Origin: Ministeria vibrans ATCC 50519
Lineage: Eukaryota; Protista; Filasterea
NCBI GenBank assembly: GCA_943704425.1
Contig: CALSCP010000498.1
Span: 1 to 40,291, forward strand
Reading direction: 5' to 3'
DNA: 40,291 bases
The notes under the pieces are model-generated. The model worked only from the letters and a program-made list of their open reading frames with translations, was not told the origin of the DNA and did no database searches. Below, in pieces: positions 30,679 to 40,291 of this stretch; the stretch's first letter is position 1, and the number at the start of each line of letters is the position of its first letter. Both the position numbers and the translations under genes were made by a program.

Positions 30679-31122
30679 AAATTGATAGTCAAAACAAGTC
30701 GGGATGTGCAAACTTTTTCGATTGCCCGCAAGTCATCCCAAAATAATTGACTTATGTAAAACGGGTCTGGTTGCGTCTCGTAGACAGTCGTAGTACTTCA
30801 AGTACTAGCAAAGGTCAGTAAATACTCGGAGAGACTGCCTTTTGGCAGATGAGACTGGTTAAGGCGGTGGGATGACCAAAGAAGAGTCGATTGAATAATT
30901 AGATNNNNNNNCCGATTGAATAATTAGTTTGCAGTGAGTTTGCACCCGATCACACTCACCCTAGTGACCCTCCCACGCCTTTCTCATCATCATTCATTTA
31001 CCCCTCTAAAACATACTGTACACCATATCTGGTGTGGGCGCACACGCTCCCCAAGGCTGTGAGAAGAAGACATTTTGATCTTTTATTTGAACTTGTCACT
31101 TCACAGCTCACACAAATTTTAG

Positions 31123-32226
31123 TTAGAAGCAAAGTTGGTTGACAATGGAGGGGCCCGACTCCCAGTACTCCTGTGCGGTGATCCATTGACTCTCGCATGA
31201 GTCGAGCGAGGCGAGGATGGAGCCACCAATCCAGGCTGACAGCGCGCGATCCTCAGGGGCGACAATCGTAACCGGTGTGGGGTCACTGCGCGCTGCCATC
31301 TCCTTGCGCACTCGTTCGGTGAAGCCGGGGCACAGGGTGGTACCGCCCGAGAGGACGATGTTGCTGTAGAGCTCGTCGCGGAGGCCGGGGTCGCACGCCG
31401 TGATGGCGCTGTGCATTGCATCTTGGATGGTCCTGACCGCACTTGTCCTTTCTGGACGAAAGAGTGGCTCGAAACAGCGAAAGCACTCGTCGCCGAGGGT
31501 CACGGATTGACCATCGGGGAGCGTGTGATACGTGTATTCGTTCGGCTTGGACACCTCCTTGTCGAAATCGATGGCGACGTATGAAATCTTCTCTTTGATG
31601 TCGCGGATATGTTCGACGCGAAGCTCGTCAGGATAATATGCGATTCTCTTGAAGTTGCTAGTGATGTCGCCGCCAGCGTACCCCAAGCTGAAGGTTGCGT
31701 GGGGGAGAGGAATCCCTTCGGACACAGGCACAACGTGGGACGCACCGTCGCCCAAGCTGCACGAAAGACCTGTAGTGCGATTGGAAGCAAAGAGGGAAAG
31801 GACAGCATGGTTGGCAACAGAGAACTTGGGAACATTGTAGCATTCGAACATTATCTGCGCCATCTTTTCGCGGTTGGTCTTTGAGTTGAGTGGCGCGTCG
31901 GTGAGCAGAATGGGATGCTCTTGTGACTCGACGCCAAGCTTTTCGAAGGCCTTGTTCCAGATATGCTCCATATCCTCCCAGTCGGTGATAACGCCGTTTT
32001 TTATGGGGTAGTAGAGGTTGAGAATCCCTTGATGCCGACGAGCGGCAGATCCTGTGTGTTCCACTGGCCCTCGTTCTCCAGCGCGAAGGTGAATGTTCCG
32101 ACGTTCTCGCATCTGTCGATTGAGTCTGCCAACGACGGTCGGGAAAACATATCGGGGCGCGTCTTCACCGGCAAATCCGACCTTGCTCATACATGTACCG
32201 TTGTCCATCACGATGGCTTGACTCAT
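31123..32226 (-). CDS. Highly divergent actin / actin-related protein, intronless CDS, 367 aa
   Basis: AIVMDNGTCMSKVGFAGEDAPRYVFPTVVGR, HPILLTDAPLN, IRDIKEK, DELYSNIVLSGGTT, AWIGGSILASL, EYWESGPSIV, C-terminal CF. Confidence 0.92.
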   Translation of the reverse strand: MSQAIVMDNGTCMSKVGFAGEDAPRYVFPTVVGRLNRQMRERRNIHLRAGERGPVEHTGSAARRHQGILNLYYPIKNGVITDWEDMEHIWNKAFEKLGVESQEHPILLTDAPLNSKTNREKMAQIMFECYNVPKFSVANHAVLSLFASNRTTGLSCSLGDGASHVVPVSEGIPLPHATFSLGYAGGDITSNFKRIAYYPDELRVEHIRDIKEKISYVAIDFDKEVSKPNEYTYHTLPDGQSVTLGDECFRCFEPLFRPERTSAVRTIQDAMHSAITACDPGLRDELYSNIVLSGGTTLCPGFTERVRKEMAARSDPTPVTIVAPEDRALSAWIGGSILASLDSCESQWITAQEYWESGPSIVNQLCF

Positions 32227-33134
32227 TTCTGTAATACAAAACAAAGTCAATTGATGTCGGACGGTTGACAGAAAAAAAACGTTTGGGACGAATTTGGGAA
32301 TTTGCTCATTCCAAGGGTTGGCGTACGCGACTCTCTGCAATACCCGAGTAGCCCGACCACAATAGAGACCATAATTCAAAAGCGCGGGATAACAGCGAGA
32401 TACGTCAGTAGGAATGAAGAAACATTAAAAGCGGCGAATTTTTTTTATCCGCCTCTGAAAAGTATCAGTTTTGAGTACAATTGTTAACTTGCACAGCTGA
32501 ATCAACTATTGGTTCTATGATATGGTGTATGCAAGAGAAAGGAAAGGCTGGCTTGAGCTCCAAATAAATTTTTGTCTCAAAATTTTTCATGAAGATTTCC
32601 CAGCTAGCTAGATGAGTGAGCTAGCTACCTAGATTAGACATATAATCACTGCCAGAGACTAGTGACTACGTACCAAAGTGTATTATTTCGGAAGAAGGTA
32701 AGAAAAAAATAACTTTCAGTTTGTTTTGGTTTCAGAGAAGAGGATGAGGAAGAAGTAGAAGCAAATAGCAAACATCACTCGGAGAAGAAGCGAGGCACAA
32801 AATGGCACTTCATTCTCCCGAGTGAGATGTACAGATTTCATTGTGGCCACCTCTTCACCTTTAGCTCATCGTCGACTGCAACAACAATAACTTGATAAAC
32901 CGATTTAAGACTTGACCTCGAGGGAGTGTGTGTACGACGTGAAACATTCTGCCAATGTCGGAGTCGCAGACACGCAAAGATGCTGCGCGGATGCTGTGGA
33001 CAGGATGTCGTGCCTCACGAGCGGTTTCCGCCTTGACCATGAGTACGGAGAGAACAATTGACCCTTCTTCAAGTTGTACTCATCCTCTGTCTCCCTCTCG
33101 CACATACACACTTCACACCCACACACACACTCAC

Positions 33135-33230
33135 TCTCTCAAACTCTCAAACTCTCAAACTCTCAACTCTCAACTCTCAAACTCTCAAACTCTCAACTCT
33201 CAAACTCTCAAACTCTCAAACTCTCAAACT
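33135..33230. repeat. CTCTCAAA/CTCTCAA 7-8-bp tandem repeat
   Basis: About 12 tandem units immediately downstream of the GTPase stop codon. Confidence 0.9.
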
Positions 33231-33240
33231 CCCTATTGGC

Positions 33241-36200
33241 TCACGTTTTCTTCAACCTCTTCTTTGGCTTCTTTGGCGATGAGCGTCTGCGAGGTGCATT
33301 CAAGGGCCCGTGAGCCTTGACGTACGCCGGGGCCATACAGAAGCTGATCATGACCGCAAGCGAGCTCGTCTTCTTGAACATGTTCTGGAGGAAACGGCGA
33401 CGCGACTCGACGACACTATCCTCCCAATCGACGTCGGAGACACCAACTGGTGTGGTGCGAGAGCCCGTTGACGATTGACCCGCATAATGGTTTTGCAAAG
33501 CGCGTGTGTTGAATAGAACAGCGCCGCGCAGCTGCGCCGTGTTTTGTGTCGTAGAGCCCCCGCGGTAGTTGCGTGCAAAGCGGAACATTTTGGGGCTCGC
33601 TTGGAGGATGGTGTGTACTTGAAAGGGCGACGGAACCCAACCAATTGCCACGAGTTGCTTGTCAATGTTGTCCACCGACAGAATGTCGTCCACCACAGCG
33701 CGCAACGCTTTGTGCTCTGAGCTCTCAGACGCCACAATAAACTCACTGAGGTGCCGAACACACTCGACAAATGCAGTGATCACCTGCAGGGGAGACTTGG
33801 ACGCGGCGCGATTGACGGCTTGAATTGTCCTCTTCCACTCTCGGAACTGTGGGTGCTTCTTAGCGTTATCCACAAGAATGGTCTCAAGCAACTCCAGACC
33901 CTCGTCGGGCTTCTCAACATCAACTTCAAGACGAGTGGAGAGCTTTGCGACAGAAAGTCGCTGAGACTTTTCTTTAGCCATCACAATGGCAAACCAGTCA
34001 CGCTCGGTACGATCCAGCGCACTGTCAAGTGGAGTGGCAACACTGTAAAGGCCTCGTGAGTTCCACACGGGCGTCATTCCAAGGATTCCCGGCTCGAGGT
34101 ACCAGAAGAGCTCTGTGTTGAGAGCACCACTCGCAAAGAAGCGCATCGCGTTGGTACACATGTCACTGGTGGCAATCATGTCACGCGATCCGGGACCCGT
34201 AATGACCAGAAAGCCCAGCTTGGGCCACTGGGTCGTCGCACTGTTCACCCGCTCAGAAATGGCCTCGGCGATCTCGGCGAGTTTAGGAAAGTGTGCATCA
34301 ACAATGAGAAAGACGGAGCGCGACGTTGGCGTAAGAGCGTTGTCGCCAAAGAGCAAATTAATAATTTTGACCTTTGAAAGAAGGCCGTTTGGCGTGAGGA
34401 TGGACATGATGGGGGGGGTGGCAGCCTTGCCGGCGGTAGGTCGAATGTGGCTCTGGAGTGAGGCGATAGGCCCGCAAAAGGTCCAACCGGAGACGGACAT
34501 CTTACCGGCGACCCCGACTGGACTGGCGCTAGCAGATACAATGGCAATGGAAGAGTGTAGACAAGAGAGACACTCAGGAATGCCCTCGGTGGCGCGTTCA
34601 GTCTCTTTTGTCGCAACGAGCAGCGGTTTGACAGACTGAGTCAACAGCTCATTGCCAGTAGATGAGGCAGCCGTGCTATCAGACGGCAGTCGCTTGATCA
34701 ATGGTTTCGTGTTGCACTCGGCCGCATGCTTGCGAAGTTCGTCGACAATGACATGGGGATCTTGGCGGGGCATATTTTCGGCCATCTGCTCGCCGGTTGG
34801 TCTGCGTTGTATCTTGCGGATCATCGTCTTGAGTTGGCTAATCTGCTCTCGCACCTTGTCCTTCTCCTCACGAGTGCGGTCAGCCGATGCAGCCTTGATC
34901 GTCGACAGCAGCTTCTCTCGTGATTCGCCGAGAAATTGTCGCACCGACTCAAAGAGTGCCTGCTTCTTGTCGCTGACGATAGCTTTAAAGGTTCTCTCCG
35001 CCTCAATTGGCAATACGCTACGGCGCGCCTCCGCGTCTTCGTGAGCGGCAAACAACTTGACAAAGTCCGCCAGCACCGTTTGGCTGCAGACACTCATGTC
35101 AAAGACGGTTGCCTCGAGTTTCTCCCTGAGAGTATCTTCGTCAAGCACAAACGCTGCAAAGAGGCCGTCCTCCGCATCGCCATCCTCGCTAGTTGGCTTG
35201 CCATCATCTGTTCGCAGACCCTCAGCAAACCGCAAGAAGGTGTCAACCACCGATTGAACAACGAGGCGAACACAAGTGTGCGTAAGGAAGCCGCGCGCGT
35301 AGTGCACAATGGTCTTCGCTGAGTGACCAGGACTGCAAAGCACATCGGGATCCTGTTCAAAGTACTCAAATAGTCGCTCTGCAGCATCGTCAAGGGCAGA
35401 CAGGGCCTTGGTGCTCTCATGAAGAGCGGTCGCCTTTGCGCCATAACCCAGCTTGGTAACTAGTTTGTTCCAGCGCTTGTTGATGCTCTTGCCGGGATTG
35501 GCATAGTTGGTGGCCGATGCGGCAACCTTGAGGTGGCTGAAGAGCATTGAGGCGGTGCTAGTGAGCACAGCAACAGAGATGTTGGTCAGCGAGCAGGCAC
35601 GGACGTTGTTCAAACACCGGACGGCTCTGTCGTGGCCCTCGTCGAGTTGAGACGACGAGAACACTTGGATGTTGCGGCGAATCATGTCGACTAGACGTAG
35701 TTTGTCATCCTCAAACTCGACGCCCGCAATGACCTCTTGGTCAGTGATGAGGCGATCAATGGCACGCACAATCTGCTTGCGAGCAAGGCTCAAGTCGTTC
35801 TCCGAGTCGTACTCGTCGGCACGGTAGATGCTGAGAACCACCGGCGTTTTGCTCTCGGCCTTGGTGAACACGCCGCTGAGCGCACCACGCTTGATGAGGG
35901 CACTGACTTCTTCACGGGACGCCGCGCGCTGGGAAACAATAGCGAGCACGTCCGCCTCGCAGAGAAGATGTCGCATGAGAGGCGTGATGTAGGGGCCGTC
36001 TTGCTCGGGGTCGTCGCCGATGCCGGGCGTGTCGTAAAGCGTAATTTTGTCGGGAAGAGAGAAGGGTCCTTGGAGGTGGAGGACGGTGTCGCGACCATGG
36101 TCCGTATCAGAGAGCCCTTCGAGGAGATCACACGCTTCCGTAAAGGTGAGGTTGCTCTTCACAGGCTCCTCAGTCTTGCTGACCAGGGTGGGGTTCTTTG

Positions 36201-36773
36201 ACTTGTCCTTCTCGTCAGAGAGCGTGTAGCGAACATACGAGATGCTGAAGCTGTCGCTGTTGCTGGGGTCTTTGTCAATAACGACTGGTGTTGTGGTGCA
36301 CGACTGGCCACCGCGCTTGGAGCGAAGAGGAGCAAAGCCGACTTGTGCGCCGCTGCTGTGCTTCAAAAGAAAGCTCTTGGGCGCCACAAGGCAGTTGATG
36401 GTGTACGACTTGCCTTGGCCAAGATGTCCCACGACAGCAATAGAGGTGTTTTCGTTGCGATACGCAGCAAGCTTCTTCCTGGCCTCGTCCTTGACAGCGT
36501 TACCAATGTCGGAACTTTCCTCAATGATGTCGTGAAGTGTTTGTACGTCGATGTTGAGTGTCTCCGCCGTGAACTCATCCGACGGTGTTTGCGGCTCTGT
36601 TTCCGACTCCGTGTTCTCCTCGGGGGTCAACTGAGTGTCGGAAAAGGACGTGGCAAGCTTGACAAGGCGAGGCGAGCGGCGTGGGCCTGTGGAAATGGCG
36701 TTTGGAGTGACCCCTTCGTCGTCGTCGTCGTCGTCGTCGGGAACGGCGTTCAGGACACGCTCATCGTCGCTGC

Positions 36774-36804
<31 letters not shown>

Positions 36805-36916
36805 GTCGTACAGTCGCTTCTTCTCAAGCCTACTGCCGGAGGGCACTAGTTCGCGTCGAGAGGACACTGAAAAAAAAAAGTTGGCGAAAGAGCAAAAAAA
36901 ATGGTTTTTTCCTACT
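33241..36916 (-). CDS. Large dynamin-superfamily-like P-loop GTPase (Dynamin_N / SLIP-GC-like) with helical region and uncharacterised alpha/beta C-terminal domain, 1208 aa
   Basis: G1 AVVGHLGQGKS, G2 SCTTTPVVI, G3 LYDTPGIGD, atypical G4 region (IYRAD); acidic N-terminus, basic NLS-like C-terminus. The start ATG is probably formed by splicing A(36916)|TG(36866) across a 49-nt intron. Confidence 0.75.
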
Positions 36917-37159
36917 TGTTGATATCTCTCTCTATCCAGTGCTAGGGAGGGCGTGCCCTGCTATTATCAAGGCCCAAGGGAGATGATAGAGAATAGAAGA
37001 GTGTTTGAGTCAATTGAGTAAATTAAAAACAAGAGAAAAAAACAGAAATCAGCGGATCACTTGTCACTTAGTCATTCGGCATTCCTCTTTTGATCCCTGG
37101 CACATTGTTGTCCCTTGTCTGACGCCTAGGCCGTTGCTTTTTCACGTGATTCGTTTCGT

Positions 37160-38545
37160 ATGGAGCTGAGTAAGACGCGTTTGATTTCTGTCTCTTGTTC
37201 GTCGTCACTTTCTGCTTCCGCGTTGCCCTCGCGCCCTCAATAGCGCTCTCTCTTGACGCCTCTCTTCTTGCGAGCAGGCAACGGGGCGTGGTCGCGCCGC
37301 TGATTTTGACGACAAGCCATTTTCGCTTATTCTTCAAAATCGCCGACATTCGAAACCCAATCAATTGACAGTATGTGTGTCCACTGTAGCTTCCATTAGC
37401 GACGCAGACATTGTAGCAGAGCTTGCCTCGCTGTGTGTACCGTCGGACAGATTCGATCCTGACGAGCAGGAGTTTCCCTACGAGGAACTGGTCAAGCTGG
37501 CGCAGGTGTACCCAGAGACGCTACCGCGCATCTTCATGGCCATGAGACGACTGCATCGCGTAATGCCACTGGGCAAGGACGACGCAGTGTTTAAAACGCT
37601 GCTCGGGTCTAGTCCGGACGAGCACAGCGAGGACAGAGACGTACACAAACACACAAAAACCGCACAAAGACCACACAAAGACCACACAACGACCACACAA
37701 AGACACACTTACAAAGACACACTCACAAAGACACACGCACGCACACACACACACACACACTACACTACACTCTCTATCACTTTGTTTCTTCCTATCACTT
37801 TGTTTCTCTCCATCACTTCTCTCAAACTCTCTCACTCACACGCACTTTGTAATTTTTCCCCCTCCCTTTTGTGTAGGAAATGGCGACGGCAAGACAGCAG
37901 GCACTGGACATTGACACGGGTCTTGCGCGTTGTCTGCGAGACTTGATGATTAAGAAGGATAGCCAACATGACACACACCCTACTCTCAGCGCCGAGATGT
38001 CGATCTCCCCCAACGATAAAATAGTACCTCCGAGTTTTGTACGATTGCCAATCCAGAGAGAGGGCACATCGTCCACCACCTACCACGAGATGGCGCCGAC
38101 GTTTGGGACGTTAGGAACTCTCCCATTCGACAAGGAGGTGAAACTGAACATCCAATTCAAGATCCCAAAGGAGCCTTGCGATACCAACTACTATGTCGTT
38201 GTGCGAGGCAACGAAGCCTCCTACACCGCAGAAAACAAATGGATACGATCGCACGTCTGCAGCCGAACCGAATCTTTTGAAGTGACCAACGCATGCATTC
38301 CCGGCACAAACCCAACGTCTTCTGTGGGCATCCCGCTTGCTGTCTCTATGGATCCTACCTCAGACGCGCGTGTTGGCACCGCCAGTGTCGTCCTTCGTGT
38401 GAAGCGTGGTGCCCAGGCTGCGGGATGGAGAACTCGAGCGCATCGCATTTGGTACATCCGCATTATTGTGTTTCAGAGCGTTGCTCAGCCCCAACAAGAC
38501 CTTCCAACGGCCTTGATTGCTCGCGTTGCAACAATCGCGGGTTAA
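37160..38545 (+). CDS. Hypothetical protein, 3 exons: helical N-terminus, beta-strand-rich C-terminal domain
   Basis: Exons 37160-37169 (ATGGAGCTGA|gtaag), 37390-37640 and 37877-38545 join in frame (MELTSISDADIVAEL...EDRD|EMATARQQ...). No family recognised. Confidence 0.6.
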
Positions 38546-39380
38546 TGATCATTTTGCGGTTCCACACGACTGTTAATAATGAAAATAATATAATAATAGT
38601 ATAAAAAATAATAATTATTATTATTATTAGGAATGAATGAAATTTATTAATAATAATTGTATTGTTATAGTGTAAGTTTGGACAACACGTTCCTCGTCTT
38701 ATTATTAAACACATCTTGAAACGTCTCGTACCGCTGTGGAGATAGACTCTGCACCATGTAGAAGTACTAAAGAGGGAAAGCTGTGTCACAGTAACTGAAT
38801 AAAGCCCTGGCAGTCTGATATCTTTGATTATACCTATTCGAAAAAGCGTGAAAAACCAACCGAGAAATTTAAGAAATGAGCCACGATGGCTGTTGCTGCG
38901 TTGTTGTTACCGCTTTGACTTTATCATTGCATGTCTACTCGACATAGAGCCGCAACACAGTGCCTACACTACATATCTGTGTCTATTTTCCCCCTTCACC
39001 CTCCCCGGCCCATTCTGATGGAAATCACCGCTCTCTTTGACCCCTAACCTGCACCGTGAATCATGATGATGACATCCGTCCCCTACCCTGCACCGTGCCA
39101 TCGTGAAACATGATGATGAGTTGATGACATCCGTATAGGCACATGTGGAGTGTTGCTTTGGTAATTTTGATTGTGTCGGTTGGGCAAACGAATCAAATTT
39201 CGCAAGCGAACAATTTTCAGACCTGAAACTTTTCTCCGCTCGATTTTTTTTTTCGAAATTTGGTATAAAAGCGGGAAATCAATCAAATTTCAGTCACTTT
39301 TATTCTTCACTTTCACCCTCAACACTCCACTCACACTACACCACACCAATCTTACTTGTTAAGAGCTTGAAACGATTCCA

Positions 39381-40179
39381 ATGACAACAACCGAAGAGAA
39401 CACAACCGGTATATTGGAACTACTTCAATCCCTCCTGCTCCCCAACACTCCTGTTACAATGTGACAATGTGACAATGTGACAATGTGACAATGTGACAAT
39501 GTGACAAAGTTACAAAGTTACAAAGTTTCAATGCTAATGTGACAATGTGACAATGTGACAATGTGACAATATGACAATGTTACAATGTTACAATGTTACA
39601 ATGTTACAATGTTACAATGTTACAATGTTACAATGTTACAAAGTTTCAATGCTAATGTGACAATGTGACAATGTGACAACTTTCAATCCCTCTGGGCTAT
39701 GAGTTATGACCTTTGCTAAGTCGCGCGTACATGCCCCTATGGACTTTAGAGAGCACGTTCATATTGTGACGGATCCGATCAGAATTATTCATATTTTTTT
39801 CTTGACTGTCTATCTAGTGCTCAATGGCCAAACGCCATCGCCCCAGGTGCTTGAAGGCATCATCAGCGACATGACGCTTGGCGACGCCGTGACGGAGATT
39901 GCTGAGAATGCGCTTGAGGCTGGCGCAACCAGACTCTCCTTCACCGTCAGCAACGACAACGAGCGGATTGTGATCCGCGACAACGGCGGGGGCATGACCA
40001 ACGAGGTGCTCAACAAGTTTGTGCGGCTCGGCGGGACGACGCGACGCGACAGCGCCGGACGAGCGCGTCACGTTGGGCGGTACGGTGTGGGCTTCACTGC
40101 ACTCATGCGCATCGCTGGACACGTCGTCATCGAGAGCAAGAGCCAGGGCGAGCCCGCGCACTCGATGGTCCTTGATCAA
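39381..40179 (+). CDS. Second GHKL (MORC/SMCHD1-type) ATPase, 5' part only; absent from the ORF track
   Basis: Exon 39381-39408 (MTTTEENTT G|gt) and exon 39818-40179 join in phase: VLNGQTPSPQVLEGIISDMTLGDAVTEIAENALEAGATRLSFTVSNDNERIVIRDNGGGM...HVGRYGVGFTALMRIAGHVVIESKSQGEPAHSMVLDQ|gtaag. Confidence 0.85.
39455..39680. repeat. 8-bp tandem repeat ACAATGT(G/T) in intron 1 of the second GHKL ATPase
   Basis: About 25 units, with a higher-order repeat of the interrupting spacer AAAGTTTCAATGCTAATGTG. Confidence 0.92.
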
Positions 40180-40203
40180 GTAAGAGCGAATGAGTGGGTG
40201 GGT

Positions 40204-40205
<2 letters not shown>

Positions 40206-40291
<86 letters not shown>
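40206..40291. repeat. (GA)n microsatellite, intronic, at window end
   Basis: Pure GA run after the donor at 40180. Confidence 0.95.

Noticed and set aside
30888-30928. Direct repeat CGATTGAATAATTAG as a target-site duplication at the edge of the actin-GTPase block
   Set aside because: The two copies flank an N gap, typical of unmerged contig overlap. It does mean the join between CARNS1 and the downstream block rests on scaffolding.
32640-33110. Exon-like fragments between the actin and GTPase genes (gtaag...ttcag followed by EEDEEEVE; ORF 32905-33126)
   Set aside because: No consistent start and frame could be built, and no recognisable motif was found.
33135-39680. CTCTCAAA and ACAATGTG arrays as telomeric repeats or element termini
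   Set aside because: They are internal, unlike known telomere units, and not inverted copies of each other; one lies within an intron.
31123-40291. Endogenous giant virus or transposon as the explanation for the block
   Set aside because: No capsid, polymerase, packaging ATPase, integrase, transposase or terminal repeats are visible. Not excluded, but unsupported here.

Overview
Gene-dense eukaryotic genomic DNA with short GT-AG introns full of microsatellites and several head-to-head gene pairs. It is most likely from a protist; the animal-like gene content hints at an opisthokont/holozoan, but the sequence cannot establish this. I reconstructed about 16 genes by hand: LSM12 (partial), CAP/Srv2, a DadA-like FAD oxidoreductase, an opine dehydrogenase, EFTUD2/Snu114, a DEP-domain protein, a hinge-less SMCHD1-like GHKL ATPase, a secreted GH31 glycosidase, an RRM protein, POFUT1, orphan sorting-nexin C-terminal exons, carnosine synthase (CARNS1-like), a highly divergent actin, a 1208-aa dynamin-like GTPase with a possible degenerate GREB1/TAGT-like glycosyltransferase C-terminus, an unknown protein, and a second GHKL ATPase that the ORF track misses. 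The best candidate for an undescribed system is the intron-poor block at about 31.1-40.3 kb (divergent actin, GTPase fusion, unknown beta-rich protein, SMCHD1/MORC-type ATPase), with a paralogous ATPase 25 kb upstream. A second candidate is the tandem opine dehydrogenase + DadA-like pair. All family calls come from motif recognition by eye; no searches were run.
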